Positions 53,851-64,000 of a stretch of 64,000 nucleotides of DNA are shown piece by piece. The notes under the pieces were generated by a model. The model was given only the letters and a program-made list of their open reading frames with translations. It did not search any database and was not told the DNA's origin. Origin of the DNA: an uncultured Mycoplasmatota bacterium (lineage in GTDB: Bacteria > Bacillota_I > Bacilli_A > RF39 > UBA660); contig UREA01000004.1 in assembly GCA_900546715.1 (NCBI GenBank), positions 7,395 to 71,394 on the forward strand. The letters run 5' to 3'. Position numbers and translations under genes: made by a program. Position 1 is the stretch's first letter; every line of letters begins with the position of its first letter.

Positions 53851-56481
53851 TTATTCATCTTTAAAAACCTTAGTTATAATTGGTTTTAATAACTCTAAAA
53901 CTATAAAGGCAATTAAATTAACAAGTATTACAAATATAAATTGTGACATATTTATAATTTCTAAACCAAATAATTTACCGGCAGGTGTAAAGAACACTAT
54001 GATTTGAATCGCAAATAATACTAATATTCCTAAATTTAGATACTTATTAGAAAATATGCCTTTTTCTATTATTGGTCTTTTTAAACTCCGACAATTATAA
54101 GCAAAAACAAATTCATTTAACACAATACTAAATAGTGCCATTGTCTGAGCAATACCTTCTCCCATATTTTCAAATAAGAAATATACCAAAATACTAATAC
54201 CTGCTTCTAAAATAACTGAAATAATTAAAAATGCTATAAAAAACGGTGTAAATATTCTTTTATTTAAACCATGTGGCTTTTCCTTCATAATATTCTTAGT
54301 TGGACCTTCAAAAGCAAGAGCAATTGATGGTATAGTATCAGCTACCAAATCGATATATAATACATGTATTGCACTAATTATATTACTTCCCATAAACATA
54401 CCAAGCAAAATAATAACAATTTCTGTAAAATTACTTGATAAATTATATAACACATTTGTTATAACATTATCATAAATTCTTCTACCATTTTCTACAGCTA
54501 CAGTAATTGTATTATAAGAATCATCGAGCAAAATAATATCTGCAACATTTTTAGTAACATCCGTACCACTCTTACCCATGCCAATTCCCACATTAGCAAG
54601 TTTCATCGCTGGAGCATCATTTACCCCATCCCCCGTCATTGCAACAACCATTTTTCGTCTTTGTAAAGCCTTAACAATTTGGAGTTTATTCTCAGGACTT
54701 ACTCTTGCAAACACAGAATACTTACTAATGCATTCAGCAAGTTCTGATTTTTTCATATTTTTAAGAACTGTAGCATTAATTCCTTCATCATCACTACTTA
54801 TTATACCAACCTCTTTACCTATAGCAAGAGCTGTCTCTAAGTTATCACCAGTAAGCATTATTGGTCTAATTCCTGCACTCTTACAAGCTTCTATTGCTGC
54901 TCTTACATTTTTTCTTACAGGATCTTTAAGTCCCACTAATCCCACTAAAATCAAATCATTTTCTTCTTTAAAATAATCTTCTTCTCGCACCTGTTTAGTT
55001 TTAACTTCCTTATATGCAAAAGCAAGCACCTTTAAAGCTTCATGAGAATAATCTTTTTCTATATCTAGATAATTATTTTTGATCTCTTTAGTTAGTTTTG
55101 TTTTTTTACCATCTATTAAAACATATTTACATCTTTTAATTAAATTTTCCAAACTTCCCTTAGTATAAATATAATATTTTTTATCATCTTCATAAATTAC
55201 ACTCATTAATTTTCTATCAGAATCAAATGGTAGTTCAAGTTTTTCTTTTTTACTTTTTCTTAAATTTTCTATATTAATTTTATATTTTAATAAATAGTTA
55301 GCTAAAGCAACTTCAACACTATCTCCAAAAAATTTTTTATTATCAAGTGCAGCATTATTACATAAAGCCATAATATCAATTAATTCTGGATTATTTTTAA
55401 TATCACTCAAATTAATTATATTATTATTCGTATAAACTTTGATAACTTCCATTTGATTAGTAGTAAGTGTTCCTGTTTTATCAGTACAAATAGCTTCCGT
55501 AGCTCCTAGAGTTTCAATTGCTGCTAAATTTCTAACAATTGATTTTTTACGAGCCATTTCACTAACTCCAATAGACAATGTTGCAGTTATAGCAATTGGT
55601 AAACATTCTGGAACACTAGCAACAATCATTGAAATACAAAGCATAAAAACATTTAGCAAAGAATAATCCATGATTATGCCATAACACATAACAAAAGCTA
55701 CTAAAAAAGCTGCAATACCTGAAATAAACGAAGATATCTTTTTGATTTTAACTTGTAATGGTGTAATTGGTTCAACTGAAGTATCAATACTAGCAGCAAT
55801 TTTACCAAGCTCTGTATCCATACCAATATCAACAACTATTGCTTCTATCTTACCAGCAGTAACTACTGTCCCTGAAAAAACCATGTTTTTACGTTCCGAA
55901 ATAGTTAGATTACCATTTAATACTTCATCAGTTTTTTCAACATTTAAACTTTCTCCAGTTAATATTGCCTCATCACATTTAGCAAAATGACTTTCTATAA
56001 TTCTAGCATCCGCCGGAACTTTATCACCAGCTTCCAATATTATATAATCACCATTTACTAAGTTAGTTGAATCAATTTCTTCTATTTTACCATCTCTTTT
56101 AACAGTTGTATGAACAGAAGAATAATTCTTAAGTTTTTCAATTGCATCTTCAGCCTTTGATTCTTGTAAATACCCCATTATACAATTAATTAAAGTAGTA
56201 CCTAAAATTACAATTGGTTCCAAAAAATCTCCATCAGTAAATATCGCATAAAATAAAGACATTAAACCTACAACCAATAAAAGAATAATCATTACATTTT
56301 TAAATTGTTTCAAAAATATACTTAATTTACTCTTCTTATTCTTTTCAATTAAAACATTTTTACCAAGTATAGTTTGTCTTTTCCTAGCATCAGCCTCACT
56401 TATACCATCCATACTTGTTTTATATTCTTTAAATATTTCTTCTTTATTTTTTAAATATGCATCATTCACTATTATCACCAT
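53851..56481 (-). CDS. P-type cation-transporting ATPase, Ca2+-ATPase (P2A/YloB-like)
   Basis: Phosphorylation site ICTDKTGTLT, TGES, hinge motifs MTGDGVNDAPAMK and MLTGDN; 876 aa with ten TM helices. Confidence 0.9.
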   Translation of the reverse strand: MVIIVNDAYLKNKEEIFKEYKTSMDGISEADARKRQTILGKNVLIEKNKKSKLSIFLKQFKNVMIILLLVVGLMSLFYAIFTDGDFLEPIVILGTTLINCIMGYLQESKAEDAIEKLKNYSSVHTTVKRDGKIEEIDSTNLVNGDYIILEAGDKVPADARIIESHFAKCDEAILTGESLNVEKTDEVLNGNLTISERKNMVFSGTVVTAGKIEAIVVDIGMDTELGKIAASIDTSVEPITPLQVKIKKISSFISGIAAFLVAFVMCYGIIMDYSLLNVFMLCISMIVASVPECLPIAITATLSIGVSEMARKKSIVRNLAAIETLGATEAICTDKTGTLTTNQMEVIKVYTNNNIINLSDIKNNPELIDIMALCNNAALDNKKFFGDSVEVALANYLLKYKINIENLRKSKKEKLELPFDSDRKLMSVIYEDDKKYYIYTKGSLENLIKRCKYVLIDGKKTKLTKEIKNNYLDIEKDYSHEALKVLAFAYKEVKTKQVREEDYFKEENDLILVGLVGLKDPVRKNVRAAIEACKSAGIRPIMLTGDNLETALAIGKEVGIISSDDEGINATVLKNMKKSELAECISKYSVFARVSPENKLQIVKALQRRKMVVAMTGDGVNDAPAMKLANVGIGMGKSGTDVTKNVADIILLDDSYNTITVAVENGRRIYDNVITNVLYNLSSNFTEIVIILLGMFMGSNIISAIHVLYIDLVADTIPSIALAFEGPTKNIMKEKPHGLNKRIFTPFFIAFLIISVILEAGISILVYFLFENMGEGIAQTMALFSIVLNEFVFAYNCRSLKRPIIEKGIFSNKYLNLGILVLFAIQIIVFFTPAGKLFGLEIINMSQFIFVILVNLIAFIVLELLKPIITKVFKDE

Positions 56482-56545
56482 TACTATTATATAACAATAT
56501 TAAACCAAAAACAAAAAATTTAAGACGAATCTTAAATTTTTTACA

Positions 56546-58012
56546 CTATTTTTTCTTTTTATTTTTCTTCTTCTTTTTATTATTGTTTATATTATCATAA
56601 ACTATTGAATCTTGTTTAGTTTTATCATCTTTTTTCTCTTCAATTATCTGTTCTTTTTTATTTTCCCCCTTCATTTCTTTTACATTATCTTTTTCTTTAA
56701 GAACATTCCCTTTAATTTCTTTATTTTTATTCTTATGTTTCTTTTTACCTCTTAAAGCACATATTAATATGATAAACATTAAAACAAAAAGACCAATAAA
56801 TCCAAATATAATATAAGTATATAAATTTATTTTTTCATTTAAAGTATTAATCATCTCATCATCATATTTTATAGCACTTTGATCAATCTTATCATATTTA
56901 AAGAATCCTTCTTCACCAGTTTCTACATTAATACCATAAATAATTGCAAATCTAGAGTCATCACCAACATAAAAAGAATTAACTAGTATATCATTAATCG
57001 TTATCGTTCCACTTTTATATCCTTCTAATACTTTATCAGTACTCATTGGATAAATTGTTAAATTACTTAATTTGAGTTCATTATAAATTTTATAAGTATT
57101 ATCTTCTGCATTATATATATAAAGAGCAATATTACCTTCTTCATCTTTAAGACCTACTAAAGTAAAACCAGTTAGTTCTGATGTATATGCCGGTATTTCA
57201 AAATCATTAATATTTACTGTTGTCTCTTGATAAGCATTAACCTGCGGCAAATAATCTTTTATTTTAACAACTGTTAAATTTTTATCATATACTACTACAT
57301 TTATGGGATTTTCATCTTTAACTTCAACTGTTAAAGTATATGTTTTTTCACTACCATTTTCAGCTCTTACAACAATTTGAAAAGTATTAGTACCTTGAGT
57401 TACTGTTTGTGTGCCCGCCCCAGTTACACTTGCAGCACTATCATTTTCTTCAGCATTAATAGTTATTTCTGTTGTATTTTCTGGCACAACTACACTATAT
57501 TCTGTTACATCTTTATCAAATTCTGGTGATATTTCAAAGCCTTCAACTGATAAACTTTTTAAATCATTATCTTTTGAATATGATGCTTCTAATTCTTCTT
57601 GAGTCATAATACGAACATTTTTAGTCCCCGCACTTAAATCCATAGCACTCATATCTTCATAAGCATATGCCGAATAACTACTCATACTAATCTTAGTTCT
57701 CCCACTTTTTAAAGCTCTAAATCTAAATGTATAACTTTTACTTTTAGTACCAGAAGAAGAATTAACCATACTTACTCCTCCACCTTCACTATTGGTACTA
57801 ATAAGTTCTAAATAATTGCGATCATAATTTAAATCCATATCCCAACTACCAATTGGTGTTGAACTTGACAGTGTTACTGTAATAGATACTGTATTTCCTA
57901 CAACAGCACTTGATGTACCTGTAATTTTTATACTTCCTGATGCTGCACTAACACTAATAGGAAAAACCACTAAACAAATCAAACTAATTATTATTGTCTT
58001 TAAATGTTTCAA
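56546..58012 (-). CDS. Membrane-anchored surface protein with N-terminal cohesin-like domain and cadherin-like beta-sandwich domain
   Basis: Signal peptide, then a cohesin-like pattern (VGNTVSITVTLSSSTPIGSWDMDLNYDRNYLELIS). A cadherin-like domain follows (LKSLSVEGFEISPEFDKDVTEYSVVVPENT...). C-terminal TM and a KKKK tail. Confidence 0.55.
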   Translation of the reverse strand: MKHLKTIIISLICLVVFPISVSAASGSIKITGTSSAVVGNTVSITVTLSSSTPIGSWDMDLNYDRNYLELISTNSEGGGVSMVNSSSGTKSKSYTFRFRALKSGRTKISMSSYSAYAYEDMSAMDLSAGTKNVRIMTQEELEASYSKDNDLKSLSVEGFEISPEFDKDVTEYSVVVPENTTEITINAEENDSAASVTGAGTQTVTQGTNTFQIVVRAENGSEKTYTLTVEVKDENPINVVVYDKNLTVVKIKDYLPQVNAYQETTVNINDFEIPAYTSELTGFTLVGLKDEEGNIALYIYNAEDNTYKIYNELKLSNLTIYPMSTDKVLEGYKSGTITINDILVNSFYVGDDSRFAIIYGINVETGEEGFFKYDKIDQSAIKYDDEMINTLNEKINLYTYIIFGFIGLFVLMFIILICALRGKKKHKNKNKEIKGNVLKEKDNVKEMKGENKKEQIIEEKKDDKTKQDSIVYDNINNNKKKKKNKKKK

Positions 58013-58028
58013 TATTTATCCTCCTTTT

Positions 58029-59765
58029 TTATTGAACAATTTCATATGTACCTAAAATATATTTTTGTATTTGTAATAAATCTAGGGCATTAATTACTCC
58101 ATCACCAGAAGTATCTCCAGCAAGTGCATATACATCTGATAAACTATATGTTTCTAAAATATATTTTTGTACTTGTAATAAATCTAGGGCATTAATCACG
58201 CCATCACCAGAAGTATCTCCTTTAATAGCAATCTTTAAAGTTTCACTTCCAGTTGCATTAGCAATTTTTATTTGCATACCTGTTGTAACTGTTCCTGTTT
58301 GAAGTTCATTACCATTACTATCCATAATAATTACAGTATTATAACCAGATACTGATTCTATTGCTCCTTTAATAGTATTAATATCACTTCCTACACTAAC
58401 ACCAGTCATGTAACCACTTTGATATTTATAACCGCTGGATGTTACAATAGTACTTATTGGTAAATTACTTAAGCTTGAATCTGGTTCATCCCCAGTTGCT
58501 CCATTATTACTATTATTAATTGTTGAATTCATATTTGTAAACACAGGAATATAAAACACATATGCTTGTGATAAAATTCCCAAATCACTATAAGACTTAT
58601 ATGTAGATGCTGATTCACTTGAAGGTGCTGCAATATTTGTTTGATATTGATGAGTAAATTGCGAATTCATATCTGTAGGAACTAAATTAAATTTTTGTAA
58701 ATATGTAGTATATTGTCCAGCATTAATATAACTAGAAGAAATAAAACTTGCTCCACCAGCTAAAGCATTTTCCAAACCATACCAATTATGATCTTTAGCA
58801 TATTCTAAACCACAATAAGTTGCCCCATTAGTTGTAGCACAAGAATCACTTACTCCATAATTATAAAAATTATAATAACCTTCATATCCAGGATAAACTC
58901 CACTATATAAATTATAAAGACTTGTTGATGTTCCCATTTCTTGTAAAATGCGTGATGCCAAAAAGGTTGGACTTACATCAAGAGTTGAACCAACATTATC
59001 AATAATAACACCTAAATCATTTCCTAAATTAGCATGATATGTATAAAATGCTGCACTATCTATTATAGCTTTAACACTATTTGGATAATATGGTTTTATT
59101 AAAGAAGAATACTTTAAATATTCAAATTGAAATATAAATCTATCTGATAAAAAATTACGAGGATCCATATAATATGCTAAGGCTTGTTGACTAGCATTCT
59201 TCCAAGAACTATCCCAACCATATTGATTATTACAAGATCGGTCCATAAAAGATTCATTTGTAGTTTGAATATAACTTTTACCGCAAGAACTTTCTCTTTG
59301 AACCGCATAACTCCAATCTAGATTAGTTTGAAGAGCTACAAATTGCCAATTAGGATACATTTCTTTTAAATGACATAAACCTCCCCAATAACTTGATGGA
59401 AATCCTAAATTACTCATTTCTATTTCACAAGTAGTACTTGGTGCGACATCATCAGTACTATGACTATAAACAACATCAACATGATCCCCACAAACATAAC
59501 CACTATCAACTCCATTATAATATATTTGATACCAATCACTATTACAATCATAATGATTATTAGTATCTTGATATGTTTTATCTTCTACCAAAGTATAATA
59601 TGAACCAATATATGCTGAAGAAATTTTAGTATTTTGTGTACCTGGACCAGTTCTTACATTACAAGAAGAATTGATATAAGCACGAGCAGTCGTAGCTGCA
59701 TTTGCATCAGCTAAAAATATAAACATAATTAAAAAACTAAATAATATATATTCAACTTTTTTCAT
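58029..59765 (-). CDS. Secreted protein with SH3b-like domain, central putative cell-wall hydrolase-like region and C-terminal type-I dockerin
   Basis: Signal peptide. The C-terminal duplicated segment GDTSGDGVINALDLLQVQKYIL / GDTSGDGVINALDLLQIQKYIL is a canonical dockerin double Ca-binding repeat. Confidence 0.65.
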   Translation of the reverse strand: MKKVEYILFSFLIMFIFLADANAATTARAYINSSCNVRTGPGTQNTKISSAYIGSYYTLVEDKTYQDTNNHYDCNSDWYQIYYNGVDSGYVCGDHVDVVYSHSTDDVAPSTTCEIEMSNLGFPSSYWGGLCHLKEMYPNWQFVALQTNLDWSYAVQRESSCGKSYIQTTNESFMDRSCNNQYGWDSSWKNASQQALAYYMDPRNFLSDRFIFQFEYLKYSSLIKPYYPNSVKAIIDSAAFYTYHANLGNDLGVIIDNVGSTLDVSPTFLASRILQEMGTSTSLYNLYSGVYPGYEGYYNFYNYGVSDSCATTNGATYCGLEYAKDHNWYGLENALAGGASFISSSYINAGQYTTYLQKFNLVPTDMNSQFTHQYQTNIAAPSSESASTYKSYSDLGILSQAYVFYIPVFTNMNSTINNSNNGATGDEPDSSLSNLPISTIVTSSGYKYQSGYMTGVSVGSDINTIKGAIESVSGYNTVIIMDSNGNELQTGTVTTGMQIKIANATGSETLKIAIKGDTSGDGVINALDLLQVQKYILETYSLSDVYALAGDTSGDGVINALDLLQIQKYILGTYEIVQ

Positions 59766-59913
59766 GCTATTCTCCTTATATTAGATTCATAATAATTATA
59801 TCATTTTCGACCAATTTCGACAAATTTTTACAAAAAAAATTGTAAAACTAATGTAAACATCTATTATTTTTGAGTATTTTATAATATAATAAGTTTGAAA
59901 TGGTGGTTTTTGT

Positions 59914-60369
59914 ATGAAACATTTTGATAAAATTGACATAATTTTTATTGTTCTAATTTCTATATATTTATTAGTATTATTTATAGGTATCCTTTGGTTT
60001 ATATTAGATAAACTAGAAAAAAAATATTGGTTACCAAAGAAAAATTCTATTAATAAAACTTCTGTACCAATAGAAGAAAAGAAAACCTCTGTTAAAAAGC
60101 CAAATAAAACAATTAATACTAAAGCTACTAACAATAAAACTTCTACTCCTAAAAAGCAAACATCTATCAAGAAGCCATCAACTACTACAACTAAAAAAGC
60201 TGCAAGTAAAACAACCACAAAAACTACAACTAAAAAAACTAATACTAATAAAACTAAAACTACTACAGTTAAAAAGCAACCAAATAATTCTAGAAGAAAT
60301 ACTGGATATGTATCACCAACTAAAAGAAAGAAAACTAATAAACGCAAAAAAAAGACATCTAAGAAATAA
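59914..60369 (+). CDS. Membrane-anchored protein with Lys/Thr-rich basic low-complexity tail
   Basis: GGTGG RBS before the ATG. N-terminal TM (IIFIVLISIYLLVLFIGILWFIL), then a K/T/N-rich tail. The overlapping minus ORF 59796..60347 has shadow-like composition. Confidence 0.45.
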   Translation: MKHFDKIDIIFIVLISIYLLVLFIGILWFILDKLEKKYWLPKKNSINKTSVPIEEKKTSVKKPNKTINTKATNNKTSTPKKQTSIKKPSTTTTKKAASKTTTKTTTKKTNTNKTKTTTVKKQPNNSRRNTGYVSPTKRKKTNKRKKKTSKK

Positions 60370-60370
60370 C

Positions 60371-61309
60371 TTAAATGTCTTTTTCTGTTTCTTTAATTAT
60401 ATATATAGGACGATGTTTTGTTTCCAAATAAGTTTTAGAAAGATATAATCCCATAATACCTATACAAAATAATTGAATACCACTAACAAACATTATAATA
60501 CATACTAGTGATGGCCAACCAGCTACTGGATCACCAAAACATAAAGTTCTTACTATAATTACAATAATCATTAAAAAGGCAATCAAACAAAATATAATAC
60601 CAATAAATGCACTAAGTACTAATGGTGTTGTTGAAAAAGCTGTAATTCCTTCAATTGCATAACCAAATAACTTCCAAAAACTCCACTTACTATATCCCGC
60701 TACTCTTTCTTTATTTTCAAATTCGATCCATTTAGTATTAAATCCTACAAAACCAAAGATCCCTTTTGAATACCTATTATATTCTGGCATTGAAATTATA
60801 GCATCAACCATTTGCCTTGTCATTAATCTAAAATCTCTAGCTCCATCAACCATTTCTGTTTTCGATAATTTATTAATTATCTTATAAAACATTTTTGTGA
60901 AAAACTTCCTAAGTGGTGAATATCCATGCCTAGATACACTTCTAGATGCACAGCAATCATATTCCCCAATTTCTAATGTCTCAAACATTTCTATTAACAA
61001 CTCTGGTGGATCTTGCAAATCAACATCCATTGTTGCTACATAGTCCCCTGTTGCATGTTCTAACCCCGCTAAAATACCAGCTTCTTTACCAAAATTTCTA
61101 GAAAACGAAATATATCTTACAGTCTTATCTTTTTTAGCTAAATCTCTTAGCATTTCCAATGTCTTATCCTTACTTCCATCATTTATAAAGATAAATTCAA
61201 AAGTTGCCTTCTTTTTTAATTTTTCAACAATCTTACCCATTTCCTCATAAAATATTGGCAATGATTCTTCTTCATTATAACATGGTACTACAATTGATAT
61301 TTTTTTCAT
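60371..61309 (-). CDS. Polyprenol-phosphate hexose synthase, GT2 (CsbB/GtrB-like)
   Basis: KISIVVPCYNEEESLPIFYEEM...FINDGSKDKT... with two C-terminal TM helices. Confidence 0.8.
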   Translation of the reverse strand: MKKISIVVPCYNEEESLPIFYEEMGKIVEKLKKKATFEFIFINDGSKDKTLEMLRDLAKKDKTVRYISFSRNFGKEAGILAGLEHATGDYVATMDVDLQDPPELLIEMFETLEIGEYDCCASRSVSRHGYSPLRKFFTKMFYKIINKLSKTEMVDGARDFRLMTRQMVDAIISMPEYNRYSKGIFGFVGFNTKWIEFENKERVAGYSKWSFWKLFGYAIEGITAFSTTPLVLSAFIGIIFCLIAFLMIIVIIVRTLCFGDPVAGWPSLVCIIMFVSGIQLFCIGIMGLYLSKTYLETKHRPIYIIKETEKDI

Positions 61310-64000
61310 TTACTACTTCCTTTCTTAAACACAATCAATTTACTTAATATATAATTACCTATAATTACTACAATTTGCACAAGTATTTTTGATATTGTAT
61401 CATTATAATGCAGACAAGTAACTAAAATAAACATTAAGAACATATCTATTAATAAAGTAACTATTCTTGATGAAAAGAAACTAGTCACTTCTTTTAAAAT
61501 GTTTTTATTTTCACTAGCAAACACAAATATCCGATTAGTAACATAAGCAAAAGCTACCGATATAACCCAAGATAAGACATTTGCTATTTGTAACTCCAAT
61601 GAATTTGTTGCATCTAAAAATGTATGAGTAAATATAAAGTATGTTACAATACTTATAACAGTTGTAAGTACTCCAAAAATTAAATACATTATTATTTCTT
61701 GATATTTCTTAAATAATTTATCAAACTTTTCTTGAAATTTTTCATAAATACAAACAGCAATGAACCCCATTAATCCTACAATTGATGCAAGTATTCCAAG
61801 TAACTTACCGGGAGAATTATATGAAATTTCTATTTTATGTGATCCTGCAGGTACCTTAAATCCTACAAAAGCACTATTTACCATTTCTGCTTCTACTTCC
61901 TCTTCATCAACCATTATACTAAATCCTTCATCATAAGGAATACTAGTAATAACATAAGAATCATTTTTAGCTTCTACCTTACCAGTAATTTTACTACTAC
62001 CTTTATCAATATTTAAATCATCTATCTCTTCATAATTAATTTCCCCATAATCCATAGTATAAATATTAATATTAGATATTTCAAATCTTCCTTTACTTAT
62101 TTCTATTTCTAAATTTCTAATATCTTCATTACTTGATAAAACATATTCAAAAGTATAGTTTTGATTGTGATATCTCCAAGAACGACATGTAAGTTTATTC
62201 GTCTCTCCATTAATAGTAATTGAAGTATCTCCTCTAGAACAAGATTCATTATAATTCATATCAAAAGTAATAATTAAATATTTATTACTAATTGCCTCTG
62301 GCAATTCATAATTATATGTCGTACTTTCATCTAATTTAAAAGTGTAATTATTATCTAATTTCCAATCTAACTTTTCTATATGACTCTCATAATCTGCATA
62401 CCCACCATCAACTATTGGACTATTTAACATATAATCAACATTATAAGGAAACTCTAAAGATTCATATACCTCACTACTTCCAACATTATCAGTCACATAA
62501 ACTAAAGGAAAAGCTAGTTTATTATAATATAAATTCAAATCACCTGAACTGGCAACTTCCTCATAACCTAAACCTGGAGAATTATCACTAATAACATACT
62601 TAATTCCCATTAAATTGTTAAATAATTCATTTTTTGTTCCGGCACTAACAAATAAATTACGATATACTATATTATTACCAACACCAAAATTATAAAAGTT
62701 CCAGTAATTATTATTATAATTAGAAGAATATAAAGTTGCACTATAATAATTTTCATTATAATACTTATTCGAAGTATCTAGTGGAAAATTTTCATTTATA
62801 CTTCTATAATATCCGTGATCATTTATACTATCAAGTAAAGTTATTACATCACCACTATTAATATTTTCATATCTATCTATACTTACATATTCTTCATTAG
62901 TATTATTAATAATACTACTTACAAGTAAAAATAGTATTATTGGAATATATAAAATATAATTTTTTTGATATTTATTAAATAACAATATTAAAATAAAACT
63001 TATTAAAACATCTATAGAAAAACAAATGAGTACATCGTCATTATAATTATCAAATAAAGCAAACAGTATTAATATTAAAGCACCTACTCCTAAAGCTTTA
63101 TAATTTATATTTTTATCTTTAATATTTTTAATGAACAATGCAAGTATTATAATATAAATTACCACAAATGGTATTAATACTTTACCTCTAATATATAAAA
63201 ATCCATTTAAAGCATACATAAATATAGGTATTAAAGTAATAATTAAAGTACTTACTCCTAAAAATACTTCACTTCTTTTTTTCTTTTTAGTAACTATTAA
63301 CCCAATTGGTGCCAGTAAAAATATAGCAGTAATCCCCATACTAAATGATTTATAAACTACTTCTTTTAAATTGGGATATATTAAATCTATTAAAGAATTA
63401 CTTACATCACTTAATCTTCCCGAATTCATTATGACATAAGCACTCGGAATAAGTATTATCGCTGCCATAAGTATTGGCACAATTATTCTAATACTTGCTT
63501 TTAATACATCAATTAAAAACTCTTTTAAATTAAATGTTTTTTTATCAAGCAATTTATATACTCCATATAATAACACTGCAATTATCGCTGGAATACTATA
63601 ATAATAATTAGTCATTATTATTAAAAATATACTTATCATTAAAATATAAGATTTATTATCATTTATATATTTATCTACCCCAATTAATGCTAGTATTAAA
63701 AATGGCATATACCAAACAAACATAATATGATGATGACTTTGATATGTAATTGAACTAAAAGTTATTAAAGCTAAACTAAGTACTAAAGATAATTTATTAT
63801 CTAAAGTATTATTCTTTAAAAACTTATACATTAATATTCCAGATGCTAAGTATAACAAAATACTTGCTATAATTATATAAGTAGCCATATTTATAAATGG
63901 CAAAAAATAAGATATTAAAATAACGGGGCTTAAAAGTCCATAATAACTATAATTAAATATATTTTGGCCCGATCCAATATTAATAGCTAAATCCGGAGCT
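61306..64000 (-). CDS. YfhO-family GT-C membrane glycosyltransferase fused to a C-terminal GtrA-like domain (5' end outside the window)
   Basis: Over 860 aa, polytopic. The C-terminal ~120 aa (..LIFGVLTTVISIVTYFIFTH...NRIFVF..) is GtrA-like. The reading frame is open past the window end, and the track start is a TTG. Confidence 0.7.
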   Translation of the reverse strand, partial: APDLAINIGSGQNIFNYSYYGLLSPVILISYFLPFINMATYIIIASILLYLASGILMYKFLKNNTLDNKLSLVLSLALITFSSITYQSHHHIMFVWYMPFLILALIGVDKYINDNKSYILMISIFLIIMTNYYYSIPAIIAVLLYGVYKLLDKKTFNLKEFLIDVLKASIRIIVPILMAAIILIPSAYVIMNSGRLSDVSNSLIDLIYPNLKEVVYKSFSMGITAIFLLAPIGLIVTKKKKRSEVFLGVSTLIITLIPIFMYALNGFLYIRGKVLIPFVVIYIIILALFIKNIKDKNINYKALGVGALILILFALFDNYNDDVLICFSIDVLISFILILLFNKYQKNYILYIPIILFLLVSSIINNTNEEYVSIDRYENINSGDVITLLDSINDHGYYRSINENFPLDTSNKYYNENYYSATLYSSNYNNNYWNFYNFGVGNNIVYRNLFVSAGTKNELFNNLMGIKYVISDNSPGLGYEEVASSGDLNLYYNKLAFPLVYVTDNVGSSEVYESLEFPYNVDYMLNSPIVDGGYADYESHIEKLDWKLDNNYTFKLDESTTYNYELPEAISNKYLIITFDMNYNESCSRGDTSITINGETNKLTCRSWRYHNQNYTFEYVLSSNEDIRNLEIEISKGRFEISNINIYTMDYGEINYEEIDDLNIDKGSSKITGKVEAKNDSYVITSIPYDEGFSIMVDEEEVEAEMVNSAFVGFKVPAGSHKIEISYNSPGKLLGILASIVGLMGFIAVCIYEKFQEKFDKLFKKYQEIIMYLIFGVLTTVISIVTYFIFTHTFLDATNSLELQIANVLSWVISVAFAYVTNRIFVFASENKNILKEVTSFFSSRIVTLLIDMFLMFILVTCLHYNDTISKILVQIVVIIGNYILSKLIVFKKGSSK

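Noticed and set aside
59796-60347. 183-aa minus-strand ORF rich in V/L/F
   Set aside because: Its composition is the reverse-complement shadow of the Lys/Thr-rich plus-strand gene (AAA/ACT give TTT/AGT). It has no RBS and no domain.

Overview
This is a very AT-rich window of roughly 27-30% GC (estimated by eye), low-GC Firmicutes-like, from a spore-forming anaerobe. Almost everything is on the minus strand. 

Layout, left to right:
- Housekeeping block: a 5'-truncated FtsX-like permease tail, then recA.
- Sporulation operon spoIIAA-like / sigF-like / spoVAC / spoVAD / spoVAE, with no spoIIAB kinase between the STAS gene and the sigma gene.
- An LCP-family enzyme, small surface proteins (one cut by an in-frame TAA), an XRE regulator, and a 640-bp ORF-free convergent intergenic region holding a structured element.
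- YihY, a membrane protein with a degenerate GGDEF domain, ligA, an NTP-transferase and pcrA.
- A lemA gene followed by three tandem DUF2207 paralogues, the third N-terminally truncated.
- A CotY/CotZ-like Cys-rich spore protein, then rny.
- A two-gene Panacea-domain (DUF4065) toxin-antitoxin-like insertion.
- A ~24.5-kb wall teichoic acid / secondary cell-wall polysaccharide locus containing:
  - tagD, tagO, four CDP-glycerol glycerophosphotransferase paralogues (one split by an in-frame TAA), and a TagA/WecG domain fused to a polytopic membrane domain;
  - two TagGH-like ABC exporters, GT2/GT4 multidomain transferases, an FkbM methyltransferase, and a UDP-2-acetamido-2,6-dideoxy-L-hexose pathway.
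- A second Panacea module (zinc-finger/HTH/Panacea protein plus a frameshifted Fic gene).
- A GIY-YIG / excisionase-HTH / transmembrane protein, a P-type Ca2+ ATPase, and an adjacent cohesin-bearing membrane protein with a dockerin-bearing secreted protein.
- A Lys/Thr-rich tail protein, then a csbB-like GT2 gene and a YfhO-GtrA fusion that runs off the window end.

No rRNA, tRNA, CRISPR array, transposase or integrase was seen. The most likely novel systems are the two Panacea-domain modules flanking the polysaccharide locus. Three genes are interrupted, two by single in-frame TAA codons and one by a frameshift.
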